The notes beneath the pieces are model-generated. The model was not told the origin of the DNA, ran no database searches, and saw only the letters and a program-made list of their open reading frames with translations. A program made the translations under genes and the position numbers. A DNA stretch of 61,360 nt, the filler included. It is 3 parts of 3 records of this genome, joined end to end, with 100 filler letters (N's around TTAATTAATTAA, not from the genome) between each part and the next. Parts side by side here need not be neighbours in the genome. Positions count along the whole stretch, not along the records: positions 28,804 to 49,872 come from SRR20825019_1434; positions 49,973 to 61,360 come from SRR20825019_1447; 1 more part is not named here. One strand, 5' to 3'. Below, piece after piece: positions 39,370-52,732 of the stretch; within the stretch, counting starts at the first letter, position 1; every line of letters begins with the position of its first letter.

Positions 39370-40439
39370 TAAACGGCGCTTTCTGATGATGGCTGGTGGC
39401 ACCGGTGGCCATGTTTTCCCTGCCCTGGCAACGGCGAGACAGCTGCAGGACAAGGGGCATGAGGTTTTCTGGTTGGGTTCTCGTGGTGGTATGGAAGAGC
39501 GACTGATCGGTGAAACCGACATACCACTGTCGCTGATCCAGGTCTCCGGGCTGAGGGGCAAGGGTCGCCTGGCTTTGTTGATGGCGCCGTTCCGGCTGAT
39601 GCGCGCTCTTGGCCAGGCCTTTACGATCGTTCGCACCATCCGCCCACATTGCGTCATCGGCATGGGTGGCTTTGTGACCGGTCCTGGCGGTCTCTCCGCC
39701 TGGCTGAATCGGGTGCCGCTGGTAATTCACGAGCAAAATGCCATTGCCGGAATGACCAACCGCATTCTGGTGCGCTTCGCTCATACCGTGTTGGAGGCCT
39801 TTCCCGGGAGCTTCGGCACGACTGTGGTAACCCGCTGTACCGGCAACCCGGTCAGGCAGGACCTGGCCGAGCTCGCCGAACCCGATCAGCGGATGTCCGG
39901 TCGGGCGGGTGCGCTGCGGTTACTGGTGGTGGGCGGCAGCCTTGGTGCCCAGGTATTCAATCGCACGTTGCCGGCGGCATTGGCTCAGTTGCCGGAAGCC
40001 GAACGGCCAACGGTGCGCCATCAGTGTGGCGAGAAAAATATCGAGGAAGCCGGTGATGCCTACCGTGACCACGGCGTGGATGCATCGGTGGAGCCGTTTA
40101 TCAAAGACATGGCAGAGGCCTACGGCTGGGCCGACATTGTGCTCTGCCGGTCTGGTGCGCTCACCGTTTCTGAGTTGTGTGTTGCCGGCGTAGGCGCCGT
40201 GCTGGTGCCGTTCCCCCATGCCGTGGACGACCACCAGACCCGGAACGCACAGCAAATGGTTAATGCGAAAGGCGCCATCCTGATCCCGCAGCCAAAGCTG
40301 TCGGCCGATCTGCTGGCGGAAACCCTGACCGATCTCGGCAAGGACCGCCGCCGGATTCTGGACATGGCGAAGGCCGCAAAGACGCTGGCTCGCCCCGATG
40401 CAACGGAGAGAGTCGTGAATTACTGTTTGGAGGCCGCAA

Positions 40440-40447
<8 letters not shown>
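39362..40447 (+). CDS. murG: Lipid II GlcNAc transferase
   Basis: [28 protein letters not shown]. Confidence 0.97.
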
Positions 40448-43687
<3,240 letters not shown>

Positions 43688-43723
43688 CAACGCTAAATTC
43701 AGACCTACGGTTTGGTGGAACAC

Positions 43724-44959
43724 ATGTCATCGGTTGAAACGGAAAACATGATTGTCGGCCTCGATATCGGAACCTCGAAAGTGGTTGCGATCGTCGGCAA
43801 GCGCAAAATGGACGGGACCATTGAGGTGGTGGGTATCGGTTCCCATCCCTCCCGCGGGCTCAAGCGTGGCGTGGTGGTCAATATCGAAACCACGGTCCAG
43901 GCGATACAGCGTGCGGTGGAAGAAGCCGAACTGATGGCGGGTTGCCGGATTCACTCGGTCTACGCGGGTATTGCCGGCAGCCATATCAAGAGCCTCAACT
44001 CCCACGGCATTGTAGCGATCCGTGACCGGGAGGTGACCCAGGCTGACATTGACCGGGTGATTGACGCCGCCCAGGCGGTGGCGATTCCGGCGGACCAGAA
44101 GATCCTTCACATACTGCCGCAGGAGTTTGTGATCGACAGCCAGGAGGGCATCAAGGAGCCCATGGGAATGTCCGGCGTTCGCCTGGAGGCCAAGGTTCAC
44201 CTCGTCACCTGTGCGGTGAACGCCGCCCAGAACATCGAAAAATGCGTGAAACGCTGCGGCCTGGAAGTGGATGACATCATCCTGGAGCAGTTGGCCTCCA
44301 GTCACGCCATCCTCACCGAGGATGAAAAGGAACTGGGTGTCTGCGTGGTGGATATTGGCGGTGGTACCACCGATATAGCGGTGTTCACCGGTGGCGCCAT
44401 TCGGCACACGGCAGTCATTCCTATCGCTGGTGATCAGGTCACCAACGACATCGCCATGGCCCTGCGGACACCCACGCAGAATGCCGAGGAAATCAAGATC
44501 AAATACGCCTGCGCCTTGACTCAGCTGGCCGGCGCGGATGAAACCATCAAGGTGCCCAGTGTGGGTGACCGGGCGCCACGGGATTTGTCCCGTCAGGCGC
44601 TCGCCGAGGTGGTGGAGCCGCGCTACGAAGAGCTGTTCACCCTGGTGCAGTCTGAACTTCGCCGTTCGGGATTCGAAGACCTGATCCCGGCCGGCATCGT
44701 GATTACCGGCGGTTCCTCCACCATGGAAGGCGTGGTGGAACTGGCCGAAGAAATCTTCCACATGCCGGTAAGGCTGGCCTGTCCGCAGGCGGTCTCCGGT
44801 ATGACGGAGGTAGTCAACAACCCCATCTACGCCACGGGCGTTGGGTTGTTGATCCATGGCTTCCGCCAGATGGATCTGGGGCGGGCGCCGGCGCTTAAGG
44901 GTGAAGATGCACCCACGCTGTTTGAGCGCATGAAAGCCTGGTTTACCGGTCACTTCTGA
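43724..44959 (+). CDS. ftsA: Cell division protein FtsA
   Basis: GLDIGTSK, DIGGGTTD, C-terminal amphipathic helix. Confidence 0.97.
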   Translation: MSSVETENMIVGLDIGTSKVVAIVGKRKMDGTIEVVGIGSHPSRGLKRGVVVNIETTVQAIQRAVEEAELMAGCRIHSVYAGIAGSHIKSLNSHGIVAIRDREVTQADIDRVIDAAQAVAIPADQKILHILPQEFVIDSQEGIKEPMGMSGVRLEAKVHLVTCAVNAAQNIEKCVKRCGLEVDDIILEQLASSHAILTEDEKELGVCVVDIGGGTTDIAVFTGGAIRHTAVIPIAGDQVTNDIAMALRTPTQNAEEIKIKYACALTQLAGADETIKVPSVGDRAPRDLSRQALAEVVEPRYEELFTLVQSELRRSGFEDLIPAGIVITGGSSTMEGVVELAEEIFHMPVRLACPQAVSGMTEVVNNPIYATGVGLLIHGFRQMDLGRAPALKGEDAPTLFERMKAWFTGHF

Positions 44960-45060
44960 CGGCGAGCCGGGAGAAGACATACACGAAGGTATCTCGAAAA
45001 TCATAATCTCGAAAAATCAGTCTGGAAAAGGCTGATAAACAGCACGAAGGAGTAGGGGAA

Positions 45061-46218
45061 ATGTTTGAACTCGTCGATAATGTCCAGCAAAACGCTGTCA
45101 TTAAAGTAGTAGGCGTTGGCGGTGGTGGCGGCAATGCCGTTCGCCACATGCTCAACAGTGATATCGAAGGCGTGGAGTTTATTTGCGCCAACACCGACGC
45201 TCAGGCCCTGACGGACCTGGATGCACGTCAGATTATTCAGCTTGGTGGCAATATCACCAAAGGGCTGGGTGCCGGTGCCAACCCGGAAGTAGGGCGTCAA
45301 TCCGCTCTGGAAGACCGTGATCGCATCGCCGAGTCGCTGAAAGGCGCTGACATGGTGTTCATTACCGCCGGCATGGGCGGCGGAACCGGTACCGGTGCCG
45401 CTCCGGTTGTGGCTGAAGTGGCCCGGGAAATGGGTATCCTGACCGTTGCCGTTGTCACCAAGCCATTCATGTTTGAAGGTGGCAAGCGCATGAGTGTGGC
45501 GGAAGCCGGCCTCAAGGAGCTGGAGGAAACCGTTGACTCGCTGATCACCATCCCCAACGAAAAGTTGTTGGCGGTGATGGGTAAGAAAACCAGCCTGCTG
45601 GACGCGTTTGGTTCAGCAAACGATGTGCTGTTGGGGGCGGTTCAGGGTATTGCTGACCTGATTACCCGCAACGGTATGATCAACGTGGACTTCGCCGACG
45701 TAAAAACCGTTATGTCGGAGATGGGCAACGCCATGATGGGTACGGCGCGTGCCACTGGCGAGAACCGCGCCCGCGAAGCTGCAGAAGCCGCTGTTCGAAG
45801 CCCGCTTCTGGAAGACATCAACCTGCAGGGTGCCAAGGGTATCCTGGTCAACATCACCGCAGGTATGGATCTCAACCTGGGAGAATTCTCTGAGGTTGGC
45901 GACATTGTTCGTGAATTCGCTTCGGATTCCGCCACGGTGGTCGTGGGTACCGTGATTGATCCGGAAATGACTGACGAACTCAAGGTGACGGTGGTTGCGA
46001 CCGGCCTGGGCGGTGACCGCGAGAAGCCGACCAAGGTGGTGGACAACACCCGTAGCCTGGATGGCACAACGGATTACAACCAGCTTGACCGTCCGGCCGT
46101 TCTGCGTCGTCGCGCCGTGGCTCACGGCAATGTGGCGATTGATCAGAGCAAGGACAGCGAGGAGCAGGGAGTTGACTATCTCGATATTCCCGCATTCCTT
46201 CGCCGTCAGGCTGACTGA
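45061..46218 (+). CDS. ftsZ: Cell division protein FtsZ
   Basis: GGGTGTG tubulin motif; C-terminal [11 protein letters not shown]. Confidence 0.99.
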   Translation: MFELVDNVQQNAVIKVVGVGGGGGNAVRHMLNSDIEGVEFICANTDAQALTDLDARQIIQLGGNITKGLGAGANPEVGRQSALEDRDRIAESLKGADMVFITAGMGGGTGTGAAPVVAEVAREMGILTVAVVTKPFMFEGGKRMSVAEAGLKELEETVDSLITIPNEKLLAVMGKKTSLLDAFGSANDVLLGAVQGIADLITRNGMINVDFADVKTVMSEMGNAMMGTARATGENRAREAAEAAVRSPLLEDINLQGAKGILVNITAGMDLNLGEFSEVGDIVREFASDSATVVVGTVIDPEMTDELKVTVVATGLGGDREKPTKVVDNTRSLDGTTDYNQLDRPAVLRRRAVAHGNVAIDQSKDSEEQGVDYLDIPAFLRRQAD

Positions 46219-46414
46219 TAATCTGTTGCAAATGTATTCGGTAATGGAACCTTTGCGACCGAATTACGTGTGCTGACTATCAGTCCGGACTTGTGCCGGG
46301 AGGCCAATCAAAGGTTAACGATTGGTTAAATGGTATTCAGTCTTACTTTCTGGTATTCTCCGGGCAGAATTTTGCCCAGACTATATCGCTTTTATGTGAC
46401 GGAAATATGTACCG

Positions 46415-47329
46415 ATGATCAGACAACGGACACTTAAGAACACCATCCGCGCCACCGGCGTTGGCTTGCACTCGGGGGAGAAAGTGTATCTGACCCTGAA
46501 GCCCGCTCCGGTGGACTCGGGGATCGTTTTTCGCCGTACCGATCTTGACCCTGTGGTTGAAATCCGTGCCTGCGCGGAAAACGTTGGTGAGACCATGCTT
46601 TCCACGACACTGCTGAAAGACGGTGTCCGGGTTGCAACAGTGGAGCATTTGTTGTCAGCCATGGCTGGTCTCGGGATTGATAACTGTTTCGTCGAGCTCA
46701 GCGCCGCGGAAGTGCCCATTATGGACGGCTCTGCCGGTCCGTTTGTGTTTCTTCTGCAGTCCGCCGGTATTGCCGAGCAGGACGCCGCCAAGCGTTTCAT
46801 CCGCATCAAGCGCGAAGTAACGGTTGAAGAAGGTGACAAAAAGGCGACTCTGCTGCCTTTCGAAGGCTTCAAGGTCAGCTTCGGTATCGACTTTGACCAC
46901 CCTGTCTTCAAGGGGCGCGCCCAGACCGCAACCGTTGACTTTTCCAGCACGTCGTTTGTGAAGGAAGTCAGCCGCGCACGGACGTTTGGTTTCATGCGTG
47001 ATATTGAAAAGTTGCGTGCGATGAACCTGGCGTTGGGCGGAAGCGTTGACAATGCCATCGTCGTTGACGATTACAAAATCCTCAACGAAGACGGTCTGCG
47101 TTACGACGACGAATTCGTCAAGCACAAGCTGCTGGATGCCATCGGTGACCTCTACCAGTTGGGCAACAGCCTGATTGGCGAGTTCCGTGGTATTAAATCC
47201 GGCCACGACCTGAACAACAAGCTGCTGCGCAAGCTCAGGGCAGAAGAGGATGCGTGGGAAGTGGTGACCTTCGACGACGAGGCCGCTGCCCCGATTTCCT
47301 ACATGAAACCTGTGCTGGCGGCGGGCTGA
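46415..47329 (+). CDS. lpxC: UDP-3-O-acyl-GlcNAc deacetylase
   Basis: [27 protein letters not shown]. Confidence 0.98.
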   Translation: MIRQRTLKNTIRATGVGLHSGEKVYLTLKPAPVDSGIVFRRTDLDPVVEIRACAENVGETMLSTTLLKDGVRVATVEHLLSAMAGLGIDNCFVELSAAEVPIMDGSAGPFVFLLQSAGIAEQDAAKRFIRIKREVTVEEGDKKATLLPFEGFKVSFGIDFDHPVFKGRAQTATVDFSSTSFVKEVSRARTFGFMRDIEKLRAMNLALGGSVDNAIVVDDYKILNEDGLRYDDEFVKHKLLDAIGDLYQLGNSLIGEFRGIKSGHDLNNKLLRKLRAEEDAWEVVTFDDEAAAPISYMKPVLAAG

Positions 47330-47340
47330 GGCAGGACGCC

Positions 47341-47787
47341 TTAATCCCGGACGTGGCTTGCGAGTTTTTCGAGAACCTCGCGTAATTGTTTGTCCTTCGT
47401 GTGCCCGGCTTCCTCTTTGAGGAGCCGGGCATTTTCGTTACTGAGGGGTGTCATTTTTGCTTTCGGACGCTCGCTGAATCGCGGCGGAGCGACCTTGACC
47501 TTGAGTTTCCAGACGAAACGGAACAGCTCCTGTTTGCGAAGTTCTTCCATGATTTCATGCTGGCGGAAACGAATCTGGCTGGCGGTGGTGGCTGCCGTAG
47601 CCGACAGGACCAGCTCCCCGTCACGGCAACTGACAAACCGTGTGCCTTTGGCAAGACTTTCCGGAAGCGCAGCGAGAACGAGTTGTTCCGCCTGAGTATG
47701 ATGCTGGGCTTTTGCCATCAGTTCACGCAGGGTTGAAGCCCTGGAGAAGCTGTCCGGAGTCAATTCGAGGTCGGTTTTCTTTTTCAT
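47341..47787 (-). CDS. dciA: DciA/DUF721 family protein
   Basis: Typical antisense position between lpxC and the M23 peptidase; LVLSA..ATTASQIRF pattern. Confidence 0.7.
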   Translation of the reverse strand: MKKKTDLELTPDSFSRASTLRELMAKAQHHTQAEQLVLAALPESLAKGTRFVSCRDGELVLSATAATTASQIRFRQHEIMEELRKQELFRFVWKLKVKVAPPRFSERPKAKMTPLSNENARLLKEEAGHTKDKQLREVLEKLASHVRD

Positions 47788-48080
47788 GGCAATCAGTAAT
47801 TCTCGACGACAACGGTAACGATTGGTTACACTTCGGCACGGTTAATAGGCAGAGCCTGTATTACACTCGTTTTACATTGTCTGGTGTGTGTATGTCCACG
47901 GGCGGCTGCTATTTTATTAAACGTAGTCGTTGCAATGGATAGCACGTGCGTTTTCAGACGCGATTTATGCTGCCCAGGATTGAGTAGTCGGATAGGAAAT
48001 CCGCAATCTGGCAAAGGATGCCCCGGCAGGCCCAGTCAGAACACTCTGGATGCAACACTACAGGATCAGGTTGCGTCCAC

Positions 48081-49034
48081 ATGAAACCAGAAGACGATAT
48101 GAACATTATCCTCGTTGGCAAACGCCATGGGAAATCCCGCACGGTTTCGGTAAACGCCCCTGTCCTGGCAGGCGCGGTGTTATTCGTGACTGCACTGTTG
48201 GTACTGGCGGGCTGGTCCGGCTATAAGGTGGCGGTGAGCCAGATTGAACCGGCGGAGCCTGCAGAATCAGAATTGGTCGCTCAGTGGCAATCCCGGCTGG
48301 GCGAACAGAAGGTAGAGCTTGCACGGATCGAGCGGAATGTCCAGCAGCAGGTTGATGCCTTAACGCTGCGGCTGGGTGAAATGCAGGGGCGTCTGCTCAG
48401 GCTTGATGCTCTCGGGCAGCGCTTTCTGGAATCGGGCCTGGTGGCCAGCGACGAATTCGACTTTGATCAGCCAGCTGCCGTCGGTGGCCCCGAGGAAAGT
48501 CTTGATGGCGACTCTTTCACCGCGCCAGAACTGACCAGCATGATTGATCAGCTTGCCCGCCGCATTGAAGATCGGGAGCAACAATTGCGCATGCTGGATA
48601 TGGTTACTTCCCGCCAGAAGCTCGAGAAAGAGCTCTTCGTGGAGGGTCGTCCTATTACCTGGGGTTGGCTGTCCTCGAAATACGGCTATCGTTCCGATCC
48701 GTTCACCGGTAAGCGTACCTGGCACGCCGGTGTGGACCTGGCTGGCAAGGAAGGTAGCGACATTATCTCCGTGGCGGGTGGCGTGGTCACTTATGCCGAC
48801 GAGCGCTATGGCTACGGCAACCTCGTTGAGGTGGACCACGGCGATGGCCTGGTAACCCGCTACGCCCATGCCAAGACCATCAAGGTCAAAGTGGGCGACG
48901 TTGTCCAGAAGGGGCAGGTGCTGGCTCTGATGGGCAGTACAGGCCGTTCCACCGGGCCTCACGTGCATTTTGAAGTAATCCGCAACGGCAAATCCGAGAA
49001 TCCGGAAACCTACATCAAACGAGCTAGCCGCTAG
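48081..49034 (+). CDS. M23 family metallopeptidase with coiled coil
   Basis: HAGVD, YAH, STGPHVHFE; start uncertain (48081 or 48099). Confidence 0.92.
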   Translation: MKPEDDMNIILVGKRHGKSRTVSVNAPVLAGAVLFVTALLVLAGWSGYKVAVSQIEPAEPAESELVAQWQSRLGEQKVELARIERNVQQQVDALTLRLGEMQGRLLRLDALGQRFLESGLVASDEFDFDQPAAVGGPEESLDGDSFTAPELTSMIDQLARRIEDREQQLRMLDMVTSRQKLEKELFVEGRPITWGWLSSKYGYRSDPFTGKRTWHAGVDLAGKEGSDIISVAGGVVTYADERYGYGNLVEVDHGDGLVTRYAHAKTIKVKVGDVVQKGQVLALMGSTGRSTGPHVHFEVIRNGKSENPETYIKRASR

Positions 49035-49209
49035 CCGCTTGTAGAGGCGCCTGTGAGGGCGCCTGATCTCTTCCCGTTGTCCCCGTCCGGCACTCTTTTT
49101 TCAATCTTTTCAGCGTTGTGACAGGCTTCTGTGAGGCCTGACTTTTGTACTGCTGCGAAATAAGGTTAGAATGCCGGCTTCCTCCGTTTAATCAAAGAAG
49201 CAGTGGTCT

Positions 49210-49872
49210 ATGTTCACAAAGCTTGCAACCAAGATGTTCGGCAGTAAGAACGCCAGAGAAATCAAGCGAATGCGCAAAACCGTATCGCGTATTAATGAGC
49301 TTGAAGAGCAGTATGGCAATTTGTCCGACACCGAGTTGCAAGGCAAGACTGCGGAGTTTCGCCGTCGCTATGACGAAGGTGAAAGCCTTGACGCATTGCT
49401 TCCCGAAGCGTTTGCCACCACCCGTGAGGCAAGTCGTCGAGTCATGGGGATGCGCCACTACGACGTGCAGATGATCGGCGGTATCACGCTTCACGAAGGC
49501 CGTATTTCCGAGATGAAAACCGGCGAAGGTAAAACGCTGGTAGCGACGCTGGCCGTGTATCTGAATGCTCTGACTGGCAAGGGCGTGCATCTGGTCACTG
49601 TGAACGACTACCTGGCTCGCCGCGATGCCGAATGGATGGGGAAGCTGTATCGCTTCCTGGGGCTACAGGTAGGTGTTGTCGTAGCCGGCCAGCCGCCTGA
49701 AGAGAAGCGGGCTGCCTATCAGGCGGATATTACCTACGGCACGAACAACGAGTTCGGCTTTGACTATCTTCGCGACAACATGGCCTTCAGCACGGAAGAC
49801 AAGGTGCAGCGCGGCCTCCACTTTGCCATCGTGGACGAAGTGGACTCGATCCTGATTGACGAAGCCCGTACC
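49210..49872 (+). CDS. secA: Preprotein translocase ATPase SecA (5' part, cut by contig end)
   Basis: [28 protein letters not shown]. Confidence 0.97.
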
Positions 49873-49972
49873 NNNNNNNNNNNNNNNNNNNNNNNNNNNN
49901 NNNNNNNNNNNNNNNNTTAATTAATTAANNNNNNNNNNNNNNNNNNNNNNNNNNNNNNNNNNNNNNNNNNNN
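49873..49972. other. Artificial contig spacer
   Basis: 44 N + TTAATTAATTAA (49917-49928) + 44 N. Confidence 0.98.
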
Positions 49973-50161
49973 CAGGATATCGGGGACTGGGACACCTCGA
50001 AAGTGGAAAGTATGACTCTGATGTTTCTTGGTGCAAGCGCTTTCGACCGGGATATCTCGGATTGGAACGTAGACAATGTGAGTTCTTGTGAATATTTTAG
50101 TGATGGGACCTCCTCCGAATGGACTTTAGACGAAAAGCCTGGATTGACCTGTTCTCATTAG
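49973..50161 (+). CDS. 3' end of a DUF285/BspA-type repeat surface protein (not in the ORF track)
   Basis: Hand translation: QDIGDWDTSKVESMTLMFLGASAFDRDISDWNVDNVSSCEYF...KPGLTCSH*. Confidence 0.85.
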   Translation, partial: QDIGDWDTSKVESMTLMFLGASAFDRDISDWNVDNVSSCEYFSDGTSSEWTLDEKPGLTCSH

Positions 50162-50186
50162 AACTTAAGTTGGCACACAGATACTC

Positions 50187-50212
50187 AAAAGGCCCCGACA
50201 AAGGGGCCTTTT
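50187..50212. terminator. Rho-independent terminator
   Basis: AAAAGGCCCC-GACAAA-GGGGCCTTTT. Confidence 0.82.
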
Positions 50213-50390
50213 GGGAATCACGTGATTTCTTGCTATCAGAAAAAAGCATACTGGTTGTAAAAGCGGTCGCGGTATCCACACGAAACGGAAAAGAGTGAGC
50301 ATGGTAAAACACAAATAAGTGACTGATTAATATAAAATCAAGGTATTTCAATTTATCCGCCTTTAGCGGTTCTCATTTTCCGTCCCTTCC

Positions 50391-50690
50391 AATGAAATAA
50401 CGGAGTGGATGAATTATTTTGTACAGACCGTTCTTGAGGCACAAATAGATACCGAACAAGAAATCGAGTTCACTTTAAAAAAGACCAAGTTCTTTGATCA
50501 GCACGAGGATAGTTTCAATGATCGTCAAGAGAAAGCGGTTCGTCACATGTTGGACGAAGGGAATAAAGGCTTTGAAGGTGTGATGAACGCACGAAAATAC
50601 GTTTCATTGACAGGAACATCCAAAGCCACGGCCACTAGGGATTTACTGGATGGGATGGATTGTGGGAGCCACCAAGAACGGCAAATTTGA
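50391..50690 (+). pseudogene. C-terminal remnant of a Fic-family protein with HTH
   Basis: NEITEWMNYF...NDRQEKAV..ML..G..GFEG.MNARKY..LTGTSKATATRDL; no Fic catalytic domain upstream; tail diverges. Confidence 0.7.
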
Positions 50691-50909
50691 ACCACCAAAC
50701 ATTTTGTTGTAGCAGGTTGTACGTCAGTTCTTTGTTGGCTGTATTACTATGCTCACTCTTTTCCGGCGAGGGTGGTATTCTATGTCCGTTTTTAACAACA
50801 TGACTGTAAATTGAAGATATACCCCTTATGAAAATTAACCTTTTGTTAAACGGCTTATGTTACAGTATGAAAAGGCAAATTATAAACTTTACCATCTAAA
50901 TTTCGGGTT

Positions 50910-51479
50910 TTGGATAGTTTGGAATCGACCTCTGATCAATTTCTTTTTCAAGAAATCAAAAAGGGTAACAAAAAAGCGTTCAATAGGCTTTTTGAGACCC
51001 ATTGGGATGGGTTGTACCAAGCTGCCTATAAAGTTTTGTTGAGTGAGGATATGGCCAAGGATGCGGTTCAAGAGGTTTTTTTTGATCTTTGGTTGCGCAA
51101 ACTTCAACTTGAGGTCGAAAATATACCGGGATTCCTTTATAAGGCTGTACGAAATCAATCACTGAAACAATTGAGGAAAAACGCTCCTTTGCAAATTCAC
51201 GAAGATAGATTTAAGGAGCTGTTGGTCAACACCACCCAAGAACAGTTGGACCTTATTGACCTTAAAACAAAATTGGGGGAAAAGCTGGGTGCCCTGTCGC
51301 CAAGGGAAAGAGAAATATTTGAAATGAGCCGGTATCAAAACCTGTCCAATAAAGAAATTGCAAACCACCTTAATCTTTCGCAAAGAACCGTTGAATGGTA
51401 TTTGTATCAAGTTGTTAAGGAACTTAAAACCGCGTTGACCGTCTCTGTTCTTGTTATCCTATCCTACCTTTTCTATTGA
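50910..51479 (+). CDS. ECF RNA polymerase sigma factor (Bacteroidetes SusC-linked type)
   Basis: AKDAVQEVFFDLW region 2; REIFEMSR..LSNKEIA..LNLSQRTVE region 4. Confidence 0.92.
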   Translation: MDSLESTSDQFLFQEIKKGNKKAFNRLFETHWDGLYQAAYKVLLSEDMAKDAVQEVFFDLWLRKLQLEVENIPGFLYKAVRNQSLKQLRKNAPLQIHEDRFKELLVNTTQEQLDLIDLKTKLGEKLGALSPREREIFEMSRYQNLSNKEIANHLNLSQRTVEWYLYQVVKELKTALTVSVLVILSYLFY

Positions 51480-51634
51480 TTTACCGCTGATGTTACCAGC
51501 TTTTAAAATCAGTGATATGAGTCCATCATCCGTCAAGGTTACCTTAAGGTTAGCTGTGTTATCTATGGGTTAAATCCAAGTATTGGCCCCAGTAAATGTT
51601 CTTTGTTGGGGTACTTATAGGTAAAAGCACAGCC

Positions 51635-52603
51635 ATGGATAAATCAAAATTGATTGATTTACTTTCAAAATATGATAAGGGTACCTGCACCAAGGAAGAA
51701 CTTGTACTGCTGTATCGCTTCTTCGATGCTTTCCAAGATGATAACAATATTTGGGACACGAAAGGAATTGTTGAGAAAGAGCGAATACGAAAGGAATTAT
51801 CAAAAAAAATAAAACAAAGAATCGATTTTCAGGAAAGGAATCGAAAATCCATCTCTCCCTTGTGGAAGGTGGCCGCCGCAATACTTTTTGTCATTGGGTT
51901 GGGGGCAATGACCAAAATGCTTCTTTTCCAAAAAGAGCAGCCCATCGAATATGAACGGATCGTTTCAAATGATATGGGAATCAAGGAGGTTGCATTGATG
52001 GATGGATCCACGGTCTGGTTAAACCGGAACAGCGAACTGGTCGTTGCCAAAAAGTTCATGGAATCCGAATTTAGGGAGATCACCTTGCATGGGGAGGCAT
52101 TCTTTGAAGTGGCAAAAATCAAAAACAGGCCATTTATCGTCCATTCCAGTGGCTTTCAAACCAAGGTATTGGGCACCAAATTCAATGTAAAGGAATCCAA
52201 CGAAAGAACGGATGTCGCATTGATTGAAGGAAGCGTCGAGGTCAATGCAAATGCCGAGCAGGTATTGTTGAAACCCATGGAAAAGGCAGTGTTCGGCCAT
52301 GGAAATGACAGTATCGCGATTGTTGAAATGGACATGGAGCTGGAACTCGCTTGGATGACCAATGATTTCGATTTTAAAAACACCAAACTATCCCGGGTCG
52401 CCACCATGCTGGAACGGCGGTTTCATAAAAAGATAACATTTGAACAATCCGGTATGGCCGAAAAAAAAGTGACCGGACATTATGAGAATGAAAGCCTCAA
52501 TGCCATTCTGCTTTCCGTGACCCAGGCCGGCAACTTGGATTACAAATACAATGACAAACAGCACATACTGATTTTTAAACCCCTAAAAAATAATTCCATG
52601 TAA
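51635..52603 (+). CDS. fecR: FecR family anti-sigma factor
   Basis: TM helix; LMDGSTVWLN, GEAFFEV, VLGTKFNV; start at MDKSK. Confidence 0.92.
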   Translation: MDKSKLIDLLSKYDKGTCTKEELVLLYRFFDAFQDDNNIWDTKGIVEKERIRKELSKKIKQRIDFQERNRKSISPLWKVAAAILFVIGLGAMTKMLLFQKEQPIEYERIVSNDMGIKEVALMDGSTVWLNRNSELVVAKKFMESEFREITLHGEAFFEVAKIKNRPFIVHSSGFQTKVLGTKFNVKESNERTDVALIEGSVEVNANAEQVLLKPMEKAVFGHGNDSIAIVEMDMELELAWMTNDFDFKNTKLSRVATMLERRFHKKITFEQSGMAEKKVTGHYENESLNAILLSVTQAGNLDYKYNDKQHILIFKPLKNNSM

Positions 52604-52621
52604 AAAGAGAGCCATAAAAAA

Positions 52622-52643
52622 GGGAAGCGCTCCAACGCTTCCC
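52622..52643 (+). promoter_or_regulatory. Hairpin in the fecR-susC intergenic region
   Basis: GGGAAGCG-CTCCAA-CGCTTCCC preceded by an A-run. Confidence 0.5.
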
Positions 52644-52732
52644 CATGAAATTAATTCGTACGAGCAAAAAATGATAATGTAGTGAAAATACATTTGAACC
52701 ACTTTTTTAATGAAAAAATTCCAACTAAAACT

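Noticed and set aside
43727-45004. 425-aa antisense ORF over ftsA, and other long antisense ORFs (33422-34363, 42316-43059, 24026-24796)
   Set aside because: Shadow frames of conserved genes with no recognisable motifs; expected from codon bias.
46315-46329. TTAA-N7-TTAA as a CtrA box
   Set aside because: CtrA is alphaproteobacterial and the second copy reads GTAA-N7-TTAC; kept only as an unassigned palindrome.
50366-50392. GCGGTTCTCATTTTCCGTCCCTTCCA as a second tRNA-derived att remnant
   Set aside because: Too degenerate; no intact T-loop consensus.
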